From Armatimonadota bacterium (GTDB lineage Bacteria > Vulcanimicrobiota > JACPDS01 > JBDRKI01), in contig JBDRKI010000059.1 of NCBI GenBank assembly GCA_043814095.1, forward strand, positions 1-14,258: a stretch of 14,258 nucleotides of DNA, written 5' to 3'. Of this stretch, positions 1-8,146 are shown piece after piece. Each line of letters begins with the position of its first letter. The first letter of the stretch is position 1. The position numbers and the translations under genes are program-made. The notes beneath the pieces were generated by a model, which did no database searches, was not told where the DNA came from, and was given only the letters and a program-made list of their open reading frames with translations.

Positions 1-30
1 CGGGAAGTGTCTTTCCCCCTTCCCACTTAT

Positions 31-36
31 ATTATA
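31..36 (-). promoter_or_regulatory. putative sigma70 -10 element (TATAAT) for a transcript running off the left edge
   Basis: The minus strand reads G9-TATAAT-ATAAG-TGGGAAG. There is no -35 at canonical spacing; TTGACC at 63-68 is 26 nt away. Confidence 0.35.
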
Positions 37-131
37 CCCCCCCCCGTGCATATACAGATATAGGTCAAAAGGAGTATTTTGGAGATATTTAAAGGGTGAT
101 AAAATAAGGGGGTTGGAGCTAAAATAATTGT

Positions 132-608
132 TTAGGATTCATCTGTTAATGTAAAGGTTATAACTCTTAATCCGTCTGCGGGAAGACCTGCCGCTACTTG
201 GGCCATTAAGGTTAATGAGTAATTAATATCCGGCTCCGCGATTGTATTAATGCCGGTTACCAAATCCTGCACGCCGGTATTTAAGGTTACTTCCCCAAGA
301 GAGGCTGCGCCTGTTGGCGCATCAAGCTTTACCGATAAATAAGTATAATCCGGCATATTTGCATTGATTACAGCGGTTATTTTCTTTGCCGTTTCGTTTG
401 TGGTAAGGTTATAAGTGCTGATTGTGGAGTCTGTGCTGGGTTCTGAACCTGCTGATGCAATATTAACAGTTAAGGTAATATCCGTAAGAAAATGAAAATT
501 GTTAATGGGGTCTACTTCATAGTATATGGTTTGGGTGTCGGTTGAGCCGGCAAATACTGCTGAGATAAGAAAAACCGCTGCTATTAGAAATACCAGCAGA
601 ACCTTCAT
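132..608 (-). CDS. secreted hypothetical protein, beta-rich, possibly fimbrial/pilin-subunit-like (158 aa)
   Basis: Sec-type signal peptide (MKVLLVFLIAAVFLISAVFA, AxA end). The mature part is Thr-rich with alternating hydrophobic patterns and ends RVITFTLTDES. Purine-rich SD-like leader (GGGGG/GGAGAGG). The CDS is well supported; the function is inference. Confidence 0.8.
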   Translation of the reverse strand: MKVLLVFLIAAVFLISAVFAGSTDTQTIYYEVDPINNFHFLTDITLTVNIASAGSEPSTDSTISTYNLTTNETAKKITAVINANMPDYTYLSVKLDAPTGAASLGEVTLNTGVQDLVTGINTIAEPDINYSLTLMAQVAAGLPADGLRVITFTLTDES

Positions 609-635
609 TTTTTACCCCCAAACCTCTCCCCTTAT

Positions 636-644
636 ATTATAACA
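636..644 (-). promoter_or_regulatory. extended -10 promoter (TGnTATAAT) for the secreted protein gene
   Basis: The minus strand reads TGTTATAAT, 27 nt upstream of the ATG at 608. Confidence 0.55.
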
Positions 645-745
645 TAGTTAATTATATTATTATATGTAGTTAGAATTGACTATGTATATGGTATTGCGGG
701 TCGGAGGAAAAAATATTTATATGCAGTATATTTTATAAAATTGCT

Positions 746-1423
746 ATGATTCCATTAAAAACAGGACATAAATCAAAGAAAATAAAGAGGGGTTTTCCCT
801 TTGTAAATATACTTTTTATACTTATTTGTATAGGTGTATTTGTATATGAGATATATCTTTCTAATATATCCCCTGTTAAGGTGGAAGATCTTTTCTATAC
901 ATACGGCGTTATACCTGACTTATTCCTTAAAAAAATAAGGTTTATTGACTGCTGGATGATACTTTACCCCTATATAACTTCGGTATTCCTGCACGGGGGG
1001 TGGCTCCATATAATCGGAAATATGTTATTTTTAGCCATTTTCGGGGGAGATGTTGAAAGAAGCATGGGGCATATAAAGTATTTCTTCTTTTTCATACTAT
1101 GCGGCATAGCTTCAGGCCTTTTCCACACCTTTATGAATATTCATTCATCTGTGCCTACTGTAGGGGCAAGCGGGGCTATTGCGGGGGTGCTGGGCGCCTA
1201 TTTTATATGGTTCCCAAAGGCAAAAATCACAACAATTATACCGTTAATATTCGTAACCCCAATAATTGAAATACCGGCAATAATATTTTTAGGAGCATGG
1301 TTCTTATTCCAGTTTTTAAGCGGTACAGGGGCAGGACCGCAGGACCATGTTGCATGGTGGGCTCATATAGGGGGATTCGTTATAGGAATATTCTTTGCTC
1401 TTACATTTTTTAAAAAGAAATAA
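746..1423 (+). CDS. rhomboid family intramembrane serine protease
   Basis: Motifs FLHGGWLHIIGNM, catalytic VGASG and AWWAHIGG, plus multiple hydrophobic segments. No obvious SD directly upstream. Confidence 0.95.
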   Translation: MIPLKTGHKSKKIKRGFPFVNILFILICIGVFVYEIYLSNISPVKVEDLFYTYGVIPDLFLKKIRFIDCWMILYPYITSVFLHGGWLHIIGNMLFLAIFGGDVERSMGHIKYFFFFILCGIASGLFHTFMNIHSSVPTVGASGAIAGVLGAYFIWFPKAKITTIIPLIFVTPIIEIPAIIFLGAWFLFQFLSGTGAGPQDHVAWWAHIGGFVIGIFFALTFFKKK

Positions 1424-1484
1424 AATAATAGAATAATAAAAAAAGTAAAAATAAATAAAACTTAGAAATAACAAAATAGGTTAA

Positions 1485-2339
1485 TTATTCCCCGCCATCA
1501 TCCCGCAGAAGAGAAGCAAACTTTTTTCTATCATTATCCGTTGCGCGCCTTATATCTCCCAGCTTAACTTCCAGCCGCGCCCCGCTGTCTAAAATTTCAA
1601 TTAATATGGTTTCTTTAACCGCGTTTAATTCCACAACTCTTGCTATTTTATCCTGATGGATTACTTCGCTGTCTATCTCGGGCATCTTGCTTAAAGTCTC
1701 CCTGTAAACACTGTCTTCAAACACAAGGCAGCACATAAGCCTGCCGCATGCGCCCGATATCTTGGTGGGGTTAAGCGAGATATTCTGGTCCTTTGCCATA
1801 TTCACGGCAACAGGAGTAAAATTTGAAAGAAATCTTGTACAGCAGTTCTGCATGCCGCAGGGCCCTAAAGCACCGCATATTTTTGCTTCATCCCTTACGC
1901 CTATCTGGTGCATCTCTATTCTCTTTTTAAATATTGCGGCCAGATCTTTTACAAGCTCCCTGAAATCAACCCTGCCTTTGGCGCTGAAATAAAATATTAT
2001 TTTGGATCCGTCTAAGGTATACTCAACATCCACAAGCTTCATATCCAGCTTGTGCTCCCTTATTTTATCATGCGCCGTATTAAAGGCGCCTTCCGCCATT
2101 AATTTATATTTTGAATACTGGTCTTTCTGTTCTTCGGTCGCGAGAGATAAAACCTTTTTAAGGGGAGCTTTTAACTTCTCTTTATCGATATCAAAAGGAG
2201 TCTGGATAACCTGTCCCAGTTCCTGGCCCCTTACTGTTTCAACAACTACTTCATCCCCTTCTTTGTATATAACATTCTGGGGGTCAAAATAATATATTTT
2301 ACCTGTTCTTCTGAATTTTATACCGCATACTTTTACCAT
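1485..2339 (-). CDS. ricT: PSP1-domain protein RicT/YaaT (stage 0 sporulation family)
   Basis: GKIYYFDP, FYFSAKGRVDFRELVKDLA, QIGVRDEAK and Cys-rich GPCG..CC / KISGACGRLMCC motifs. GAGG SD. Canonical position downstream of holB. Confidence 0.93.
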   Translation of the reverse strand: MVKVCGIKFRRTGKIYYFDPQNVIYKEGDEVVVETVRGQELGQVIQTPFDIDKEKLKAPLKKVLSLATEEQKDQYSKYKLMAEGAFNTAHDKIREHKLDMKLVDVEYTLDGSKIIFYFSAKGRVDFRELVKDLAAIFKKRIEMHQIGVRDEAKICGALGPCGMQNCCTRFLSNFTPVAVNMAKDQNISLNPTKISGACGRLMCCLVFEDSVYRETLSKMPEIDSEVIHQDKIARVVELNAVKETILIEILDSGARLEVKLGDIRRATDNDRKKFASLLRDDGGE

Positions 2340-2354
2340 AAAAACCTCTTATGC

Positions 2355-3347
2355 TTACTGTATTACATACTCTGCTTCCGGTTTTAAAGAAGCAATATTT
2401 AAAACCAGGTTATTAAATATTATTTTTTTGTTCACGTTTCTTCTTAAAAGAAATTTCGCTTCTAAAATCTTTCTCATTATCTTTTTTATCTGCCAGACGG
2501 TATAATTGCCCGCCATGGCGCTTAATTTATCTTTCATGTCATAATTTATAACCATACCGGGGTTTCCCGTCTCTTTTAATACCATAAGATCCCTGAACCA
2601 GTCTATCAGAAACTCTAAAACAGCTTCTTCATATCCTTTAAGATTTTCTATGCTCTGTGCTTCTTTTAATGCTTTGTCATAGCTCATATCAGGAAGCTCC
2701 GAGCCCAGGCGGAGCGTAAACTCCCTTACTTCCCAGAAGCGGTCGTTATTTATAAAACTGACGGCCTGCCCTAAACTTCCCCTTGAAAGCTTCGCGACAG
2801 ATTCCGTCCTGGCTTGGTCAAGATCAAAATTTTTGTGTATATACTCTTTTATAAGGCGGCTCTCAACATAGTTAAAAGGAACCCTCTGGCACCTTGATAT
2901 TACCGTCGGGGCAAGATGCGTAATGTCGCTTATAATCAAAATTATAACCGCGTAAGAAGGCGGCTCTTCCAGTATTTTCAACATCTGGTTGGCCGCGGCA
3001 TCGGTTAGGTACTGCGCGTCTTCAATTATATATGCCCTGTATTTTCCCTCAAACGGCCTGAAGGAAATACTGCTTAATATTTCCCTTGTCTGGTCTATTT
3101 TAATATAGTTCCCTTCCGGCTTTATATATAATATATCGGGATGAATATTTTTATTTATTTTTGTACATGAAGAACACTCATTGCACGGGGAAGATGCCGA
3201 CCTGCAGTTTATTTTTTTAGCAAACCACGCGGCCGCGGTTTTTTTTCCTACCCCTTCGGGCCCGAAGAATAAATAGCTATTGGCAACTTTTTTTTCATCA
3301 ATGATTCTGTTTAAATAATTTATTGCTTTGTCTTGACCAATAATCAT
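2355..3347 (-). CDS. holB: DNA polymerase III subunit delta'
   Basis: YLFFGPEGVGK P-loop, four-Cys zinc site (C..PCNECSSC), HPD, ANQMLKILEEPP and TVISRC. Its start overlaps the tmk stop (ATGA at 3344-3347). Confidence 0.95.
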   Translation of the reverse strand: MIIGQDKAINYLNRIIDEKKVANSYLFFGPEGVGKKTAAAWFAKKINCRSASSPCNECSSCTKINKNIHPDILYIKPEGNYIKIDQTREILSSISFRPFEGKYRAYIIEDAQYLTDAAANQMLKILEEPPSYAVIILIISDITHLAPTVISRCQRVPFNYVESRLIKEYIHKNFDLDQARTESVAKLSRGSLGQAVSFINNDRFWEVREFTLRLGSELPDMSYDKALKEAQSIENLKGYEEAVLEFLIDWFRDLMVLKETGNPGMVINYDMKDKLSAMAGNYTVWQIKKIMRKILEAKFLLRRNVNKKIIFNNLVLNIASLKPEAEYVIQ

Positions 3348-3977
3348 AATAATTTATCCGCCAGTTTAATGATATCATCATGTATTTCTTCTATGGATCT
3401 TGATGCGTCTATTATTTTAAACCTTTTGGGCTCCAGTTTCTGAATTTTAAGGTATCCTTTCCTTACCAGGGAGAAAAAAGATTTTTTTTCTCTTTCTATC
3501 CTGTCCAATTTTGAAATTTTACCCGTATTTCTCTTATGCACTCTCTTAAAACCGCCCTTGGGATCCAGATCAAGATAGATTGTCAGATCGGGACATGTTT
3601 CAAAAGTCGCGGATTTAGTTATTTTTTTTTATTAAGGAAATATCCAGCCCCCTGCCGGAGCCCTGGTACGCGAAACTCGCATCCGAGAAGCGGTCTGATA
3701 TGACTATATACCCTTTTTTAAGATACGGCTCTATTAATTCTTTTATGTGCTGGGCGCGGGATGCGGAAAACAGCAGGAATTCGGTAAGTGGATGCATTTT
3801 TTTGTTTTTCTTGTCTGCTAAAATTTCCCTTACGGCCTCGCCTATTCTTGTCCCGCCGGGCTCGCGGGAGATTAAAACTTTACACCCCCTGCTTTTCAGG
3901 TAGCGGCTTAAAAGCTTAACCTGAGTTGTTTTTCCGGCGCCTTCAGTGCCTTCAAAAGTTATAAATTTACCGCGCAT
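3344..3977 (-). pseudogene. tmk: thymidylate kinase (dTMP kinase), frameshifted as read by one extra A in an A9 run at 3622-3630
   Basis: The N-terminal ORF 3615-3977 has FEGTEGAGKTTQ, REPGGT, SDRF and AYQGSGRG. Removing one A gives ...SLIKKITKSATFETCPDLTIYLDLDPKGGFKRVHKRN..., joining the 3344-3541 ORF (LDRIE, IIDASRSIEEI) into 633 nt / 210 aa. The gene identity is secure; true inactivation versus read error versus slippage is unresolved. Confidence 0.9.
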
Positions 3978-3979
3978 CT

Positions 3980-5524
3980 TTAACCTTTCTTAAAAATCAC
4001 AACACGCCTGTTCGGCTCTTCTCCCTTTGCCTGGGACTTTAATTTATACTTTTCCACAACTTTGTGCTGCAGGTTTCTAATATGGGTATTCTGAGGATTT
4101 AACTCAACATTCTCATTATTCTGGATAGCCCTTTCCACGCCGTCTTCGGCTTCTCTTACCGCCGACTCTTCCATATCAACACTGGGCAGGTTAAAATAAT
4201 TTCTTAAAAACTTCTGGATCTGGCTTATGGTATTGCTCTTTATTACAAAAACGGGGACCCTTTCCGAAAGAGATTTCATCTTCTGGGTTTCGCGTTTATC
4301 ATAACCCTTCAGCGTTAAAATAATATCTGCGTCATTCCAGTGGCGCACGATTCTCGCGGATATCTTCAGCTCTTTTATGGCCTGGTCCAGACGGTTTCTG
4401 CTGACCGCATACGGAAAAATCCTCACTTCTTTTGAAAAATCCTTAATAACTTCCCCGTAGGCCGCCGTTGAGGTTTCCGAAAGCTTTGTAAGTTCTCCGG
4501 CATTCGCAGTCTGCAGAACTTCAACTTCCCCTGAAGACTTTCTCTTTCTTATCTCGGGCTGGGCAGATACCCCTCTTAACATAAGATCCACAACCTGACC
4601 GACATTATCATGTATTACAAAGGTATGTTTATCCTGTATCTCTATAACAACGTCAAACGTGGGAGGAGATTTTCTTTCTAAAACGGTTTTCTGCGTTCCT
4701 CTTTTCTTTGCTTCTTCGTCCGATAAGGTTACCGTTGTTATTCCGCCTATAAGGTCGGAAAGAGTCGGGTTCATAAGAAGATTCTCCAGAACATTGCCGT
4801 GAGCTGTGGCTATTAACTGCACGCCGCGCTCTGCTATTGTCCTTGCCGCGTACGCTTCTTCCTCAACACCGATCTCGTCTACTACAACAACCTCGGGCAT
4901 ATGATTTTCAACCGCTTCTATCATAACCGCGTGCTGGTATGAAGGTTCGGCTACCTGCATTCTTCTGGCGTCGCCGATGCCGTTATGGGGTATATCGCCG
5001 TCACCGGCAATCTCATTTGAAGTATCTACAACAACAACCCTTTTCTTCAGCTCATCAGCGAGCACCCTGGCGGATTCTCTTAAAATCGTTGTTTTGCCTA
5101 CACCGGGTCTTCCCAAAAGAAGTATGCTTTTATCTGTTTCCACCATATCCCTTATTACATCTATGGTGCCGTAAACAGCCCTGCCGACCCTGCATGTAAG
5201 CCCTATAATATCGCCTGTGCGGTTTCTGATTGCTGATATCCTGTGAAGGGTTCTCTCTATACCTGCCCTGTTGTCCTTACCGAAAGTACCCACCCTGTTT
5301 AAAACATACTGGATATCGTTCCTGGTAACAAAATCAGTGCTCAGATATGAAAAACTTCCCGGGAAGCGCGCTTCCGGTTTTCTTCCCAGATCCATAACAA
5401 TTTCAACAAGCAGATGAAGATCTTTCTGCTTTTTTATGTTTTCAAGTATATCCGGCGGGAAAATAACCAGCATTTTATCCAGATCGTCTTCTATGGTCAG
5501 TTTAACTTTTTTATGATCTTCCAA
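3980..5524 (-). CDS. Ycf45/SpoIIIAA-like AAA ATPase with C-terminal R3H single-stranded nucleic-acid-binding domain
   Basis: EIVMDLGRKPEARF, RAGIERTLHRIS, Walker A GRPGVGKT, DTSNEIAGDGDIPH, Walker B VVVDE, ATAHG and a C-terminal RNLQH (RxxxH)...GEEPNRRVVI. TTG start with GGAGG SD. Confidence 0.88.
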   Translation of the reverse strand: MEDHKKVKLTIEDDLDKMLVIFPPDILENIKKQKDLHLLVEIVMDLGRKPEARFPGSFSYLSTDFVTRNDIQYVLNRVGTFGKDNRAGIERTLHRISAIRNRTGDIIGLTCRVGRAVYGTIDVIRDMVETDKSILLLGRPGVGKTTILRESARVLADELKKRVVVVDTSNEIAGDGDIPHNGIGDARRMQVAEPSYQHAVMIEAVENHMPEVVVVDEIGVEEEAYAARTIAERGVQLIATAHGNVLENLLMNPTLSDLIGGITTVTLSDEEAKKRGTQKTVLERKSPPTFDVVIEIQDKHTFVIHDNVGQVVDLMLRGVSAQPEIRKRKSSGEVEVLQTANAGELTKLSETSTAAYGEVIKDFSKEVRIFPYAVSRNRLDQAIKELKISARIVRHWNDADIILTLKGYDKRETQKMKSLSERVPVFVIKSNTISQIQKFLRNYFNLPSVDMEESAVREAEDGVERAIQNNENVELNPQNTHIRNLQHKVVEKYKLKSQAKGEEPNRRVVIFKKG

Positions 5525-5544
5525 TTAAAACCTCCGATTATCAG

Positions 5545-7065
5545 TTACTTAACCACTCTTATTGTTTCCAGACCGGGATCCACGGACCCCTGAATATGAA
5601 CACCCGCTTCAATCTCTATCTGCAGGTAATCAATAATATCCTGTGTTATCCTCTCACCCGGGCAGATAAGGGGTATCCCAGGAGGATAAGGAGTAATAAT
5701 TTCATTGCTTATCATTCCGGCCGATTCCTTAAAATTAACCGTCTTAAAGTCCGAAACAAACGCTTCTCTCGGCGTCAGTACAAGCGCCGGGAAATCCGGC
5801 AGTTTTATGGGTTTGCCTATTTTCTTATGAAAGAGCTCACTCTTTTCCACATTCTCCTTGCATTTTTTTGATATATCCGCCAGCGCGTTAATAAGTTTAT
5901 CCGCATCCTCTACCGAGTGGCCTAATGTTATAAGTACGACGATATTAAATAAATCAGCCATCTCCACCTGAATATTATATTTATTCCTTAACAGCTTCTC
6001 TACCGTATATCCGGAGAATCCCAGATTTTTAGCGGTAAATACCACCCTTGTGGGATCATAATCATAAACACCCGGCCTCCCTATAATATCTCTTCCGTAA
6101 ACCTTAAAGCCCGGTATATCCCGTATTTTTTCCCTCAGGTAATCTCCAACGAATATGGCTTTATTTAAAAGCTCTTCGCCTTCAGTTGCCATCTGCATTC
6201 TTGCAACATCCAGGGACGAGACTAAAAAGCTGTTAGGGCTTGTTGAAAGAAATATCCTTAACACTGCCTGCAGTTTTCCCCTGTCAATTCTTGTTCCCTT
6301 AAGGTGCATCATTGATGCCTGGGACATGCCGCCTATTAATTTATGAGTGCTGTTCACGCATATATCGGCGCCCGCATCTATAGCGGACATCGGGAGCTTG
6401 TCATTAAAGTGAAGGTGGGGACCCCATGCTTCATCCACTACGGCTATTTTATCGTATGAATGAGCAAGTCCGGTAAGGCTCTTAAGATCCGCCGTCGCGC
6501 CGTAATATGTGGGGCTTAAGATAAAAAGAGCTTTGGCGTCAAGGTTCGCTTCTAAAACTTTTTTCGTACTCTCTACCGTAATAGTATGATCCACCTGCAT
6601 CTCGTCATCAAACTCGGGAAGCACATATACAGGACACGCGCCGCTTAAAATTAAAGCGCTTGTGGCTGATTTATGCGCGTTTCTGGATAATATTAATTTA
6701 TCCCCGGGGTTGCATACCGTCATTATCATCGCCTGGTTGCCTGAAGTGGAGCCGTTTAATAAAAAATAGCTGTAATCAGAGCCGTAAGCCTCGGCAGCCA
6801 GCTCCAGCGCTTCTTTAACGACATCTTTGGGCTGATGAAGATCATCCATGCCGTAAACCGGACAGACATCCGCGCGGAAAGCGTTAATCCCTAAAAAATT
6901 GCGGAATTCAGAATAGGCGCCTTTCCCCTGCTGATGGCCCGGGCAGTGAAAAGTCAGTATATTGTCATCAACATACTTGCGCAGGACATCAAAATAAGGG
7001 GTTCTTTTCTGTCTTTTATAGAAATCTTCCCCTTTTTTATGTGTGACAGCGCTGGTTTTTATCAT
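5545..7065 (-). CDS. PLP-dependent arginine/lysine/ornithine decarboxylase (SpeA/YaaO-like, fold type I)
   Basis: FHCPGH, DDLHQP, NGSTSG, RNAHKS, VDEAWG, PLP-lysine motif STHK, STSP and PYPPGIP. Start placed at ATG 7065 from GAGGT spacing; 7071 and 7074 are alternatives. The substrate cannot be determined here. Confidence 0.9.
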   Translation of the reverse strand: MIKTSAVTHKKGEDFYKRQKRTPYFDVLRKYVDDNILTFHCPGHQQGKGAYSEFRNFLGINAFRADVCPVYGMDDLHQPKDVVKEALELAAEAYGSDYSYFLLNGSTSGNQAMIMTVCNPGDKLILSRNAHKSATSALILSGACPVYVLPEFDDEMQVDHTITVESTKKVLEANLDAKALFILSPTYYGATADLKSLTGLAHSYDKIAVVDEAWGPHLHFNDKLPMSAIDAGADICVNSTHKLIGGMSQASMMHLKGTRIDRGKLQAVLRIFLSTSPNSFLVSSLDVARMQMATEGEELLNKAIFVGDYLREKIRDIPGFKVYGRDIIGRPGVYDYDPTRVVFTAKNLGFSGYTVEKLLRNKYNIQVEMADLFNIVVLITLGHSVEDADKLINALADISKKCKENVEKSELFHKKIGKPIKLPDFPALVLTPREAFVSDFKTVNFKESAGMISNEIITPYPPGIPLICPGERITQDIIDYLQIEIEAGVHIQGSVDPGLETIRVVK

Positions 7066-7079
7066 ATACATCACCTCTG

Positions 7080-7502
7080 CTAATTTTCTCCCATCAGCTG
7101 GCAGATTATCTCCCTCTCCCTTGATCTTACGTCAAAATCCACAAGTATAATCTGCTGGTAAATACCGATCAAAAGTTTTTTATCCGTAAATGGCACGGTT
7201 AAAGACGGTCCCAGCAGACTTGAACGCACGTGAGAATGACCGTTATTATCATGCCACTTCTGGTTATGCGAATATTCAACATCATCCGGAACAGCCCTGT
7301 CCCAGAACCTGGTAAAATCTTTAACCAGTCCTGATTCATATTCTATCGTTGTGAGCCCGGCTGTTGATCCCGGTATAAAAACGGTAACTGTTCCGCTCTT
7401 AATACTGCTTCTTTCCACAATACCGGCCACGAAAGACGTAATATCAATAATCTGGCCCTTCCCTTTCGTGGAAACTTCAAACCGGTGCGTCTCTACCGCC
7501 AT
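7080..7502 (-). CDS. yjbQ: YjbQ/UPF0047 family protein (secondary thiamine-phosphate synthase family)
   Basis: IIDIT, G.VTVFIPGSTA, TTIEYE.GL..D and NGHSHVRSSLLGPS. ATG 7502 has GGAGG 8 nt upstream. Alternatives are 7523 and 7544 (the latter overlaps the pdxT stop as ATGA). Confidence 0.88.
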   Translation of the reverse strand: MAVETHRFEVSTKGKGQIIDITSFVAGIVERSSIKSGTVTVFIPGSTAGLTTIEYESGLVKDFTRFWDRAVPDDVEYSHNQKWHDNNGHSHVRSSLLGPSLTVPFTDKKLLIGIYQQIILVDFDVRSREREIICQLMGEN

Positions 7503-7540
7503 GGTTTTTACCTCCGTTGTCATAATTCGTACCCCCTCTT

Positions 7541-8140
7541 TCATACCGGAGCCGATTTATCGGCTCCTACGACTGTTTTTATAAAATATTCGTGAAATCT
7601 CTTATCCCCGGTAAGTTCGGGGTGAAAAGATGCGGCCAGAATATTGCCCTGCCTTACCGCTACTATCCTGTTTTCATATTTTGAAAGTATCTCAACATCC
7701 TTACCGGCCTCGCTAACAACTGGAGCCCGTATAAAAACCGCGGGGAAATCTTTTTCCCCGAGCCCTGAAACCTTAAGGCCTGCTTCAAAACTCTCGCGCT
7801 GGCGCCCGAAAGCGTTTCTCTTAACTCTTATATCCATAAGCCCCAGCGTATACGGGGAAACTTCCCCGCACCCAGTGTCAGTACTTAATAAAACCATTCC
7901 GGCGCAGGTGCCGTAAAGAGCAATCCTGCCTTTTTTTGCCAGATCCTTTATCTTTTCAATAAAACTGTATCTTTCAAGAAGCCTGCCTATGGCTGTACTC
8001 TCACCGCCCGGCAGAATAAGTCCGGATATACTGTCAAGCTGGTCCGGATATTTTACTTCCACGGGTTCTACGCCACATTTTTTCAATAAATTAATATGTT
8101 CCGATATTGCCCCCTGAAGGGCAAGTACTCCTATTCTCAT
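7541..8140 (-). CDS. pdxT: pyridoxal 5'-phosphate synthase glutaminase subunit
   Basis: IGVLALQG, LPGGEST, GTCAG, RNAFGRQRESFE, AVFIRAP and FHPEL; adjacent to pdxS. Confidence 0.97.
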   Translation of the reverse strand: MRIGVLALQGAISEHINLLKKCGVEPVEVKYPDQLDSISGLILPGGESTAIGRLLERYSFIEKIKDLAKKGRIALYGTCAGMVLLSTDTGCGEVSPYTLGLMDIRVKRNAFGRQRESFEAGLKVSGLGEKDFPAVFIRAPVVSEAGKDVEILSKYENRIVAVRQGNILAASFHPELTGDKRFHEYFIKTVVGADKSAPV

Positions 8141-8146
8141 TTACGC

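Noticed and set aside
676..707. TTGACT -35 and GGAGG on the plus strand upstream of the rhomboid gene
   Set aside because: There is no -10 at 16-18 nt spacing, and GGAGG is too far from the in-frame ATG at 746.
132..1423. Rhomboid plus divergent secreted protein as a rhombosortase/substrate pair
   Set aside because: The secreted protein has no C-terminal GlyGly-transmembrane-basic tail, and the rhomboid looks like an ordinary family member.
1424..1484. A-rich gap between convergent rhomboid and ricT as a terminator or repeat
   Set aside because: Low-complexity sequence with no stem-loop or regular repeat unit. It is U-rich on the minus strand, but I cannot support it as an intrinsic terminator.
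3344..3541. 65-aa ORF as an independent small gene
   Set aside because: It is the C-terminal part of tmk; the same frame is open and Tmk-like back to the A9 run.
1485..5524. Sporulation locus, suggested by the 'stage 0' and 'SpoIIIAA' family names
   Set aside because: Both families occur in non-sporulating bacteria, the ATPase has Ycf45/R3H architecture, and no spoIIIAB-AH genes are present.
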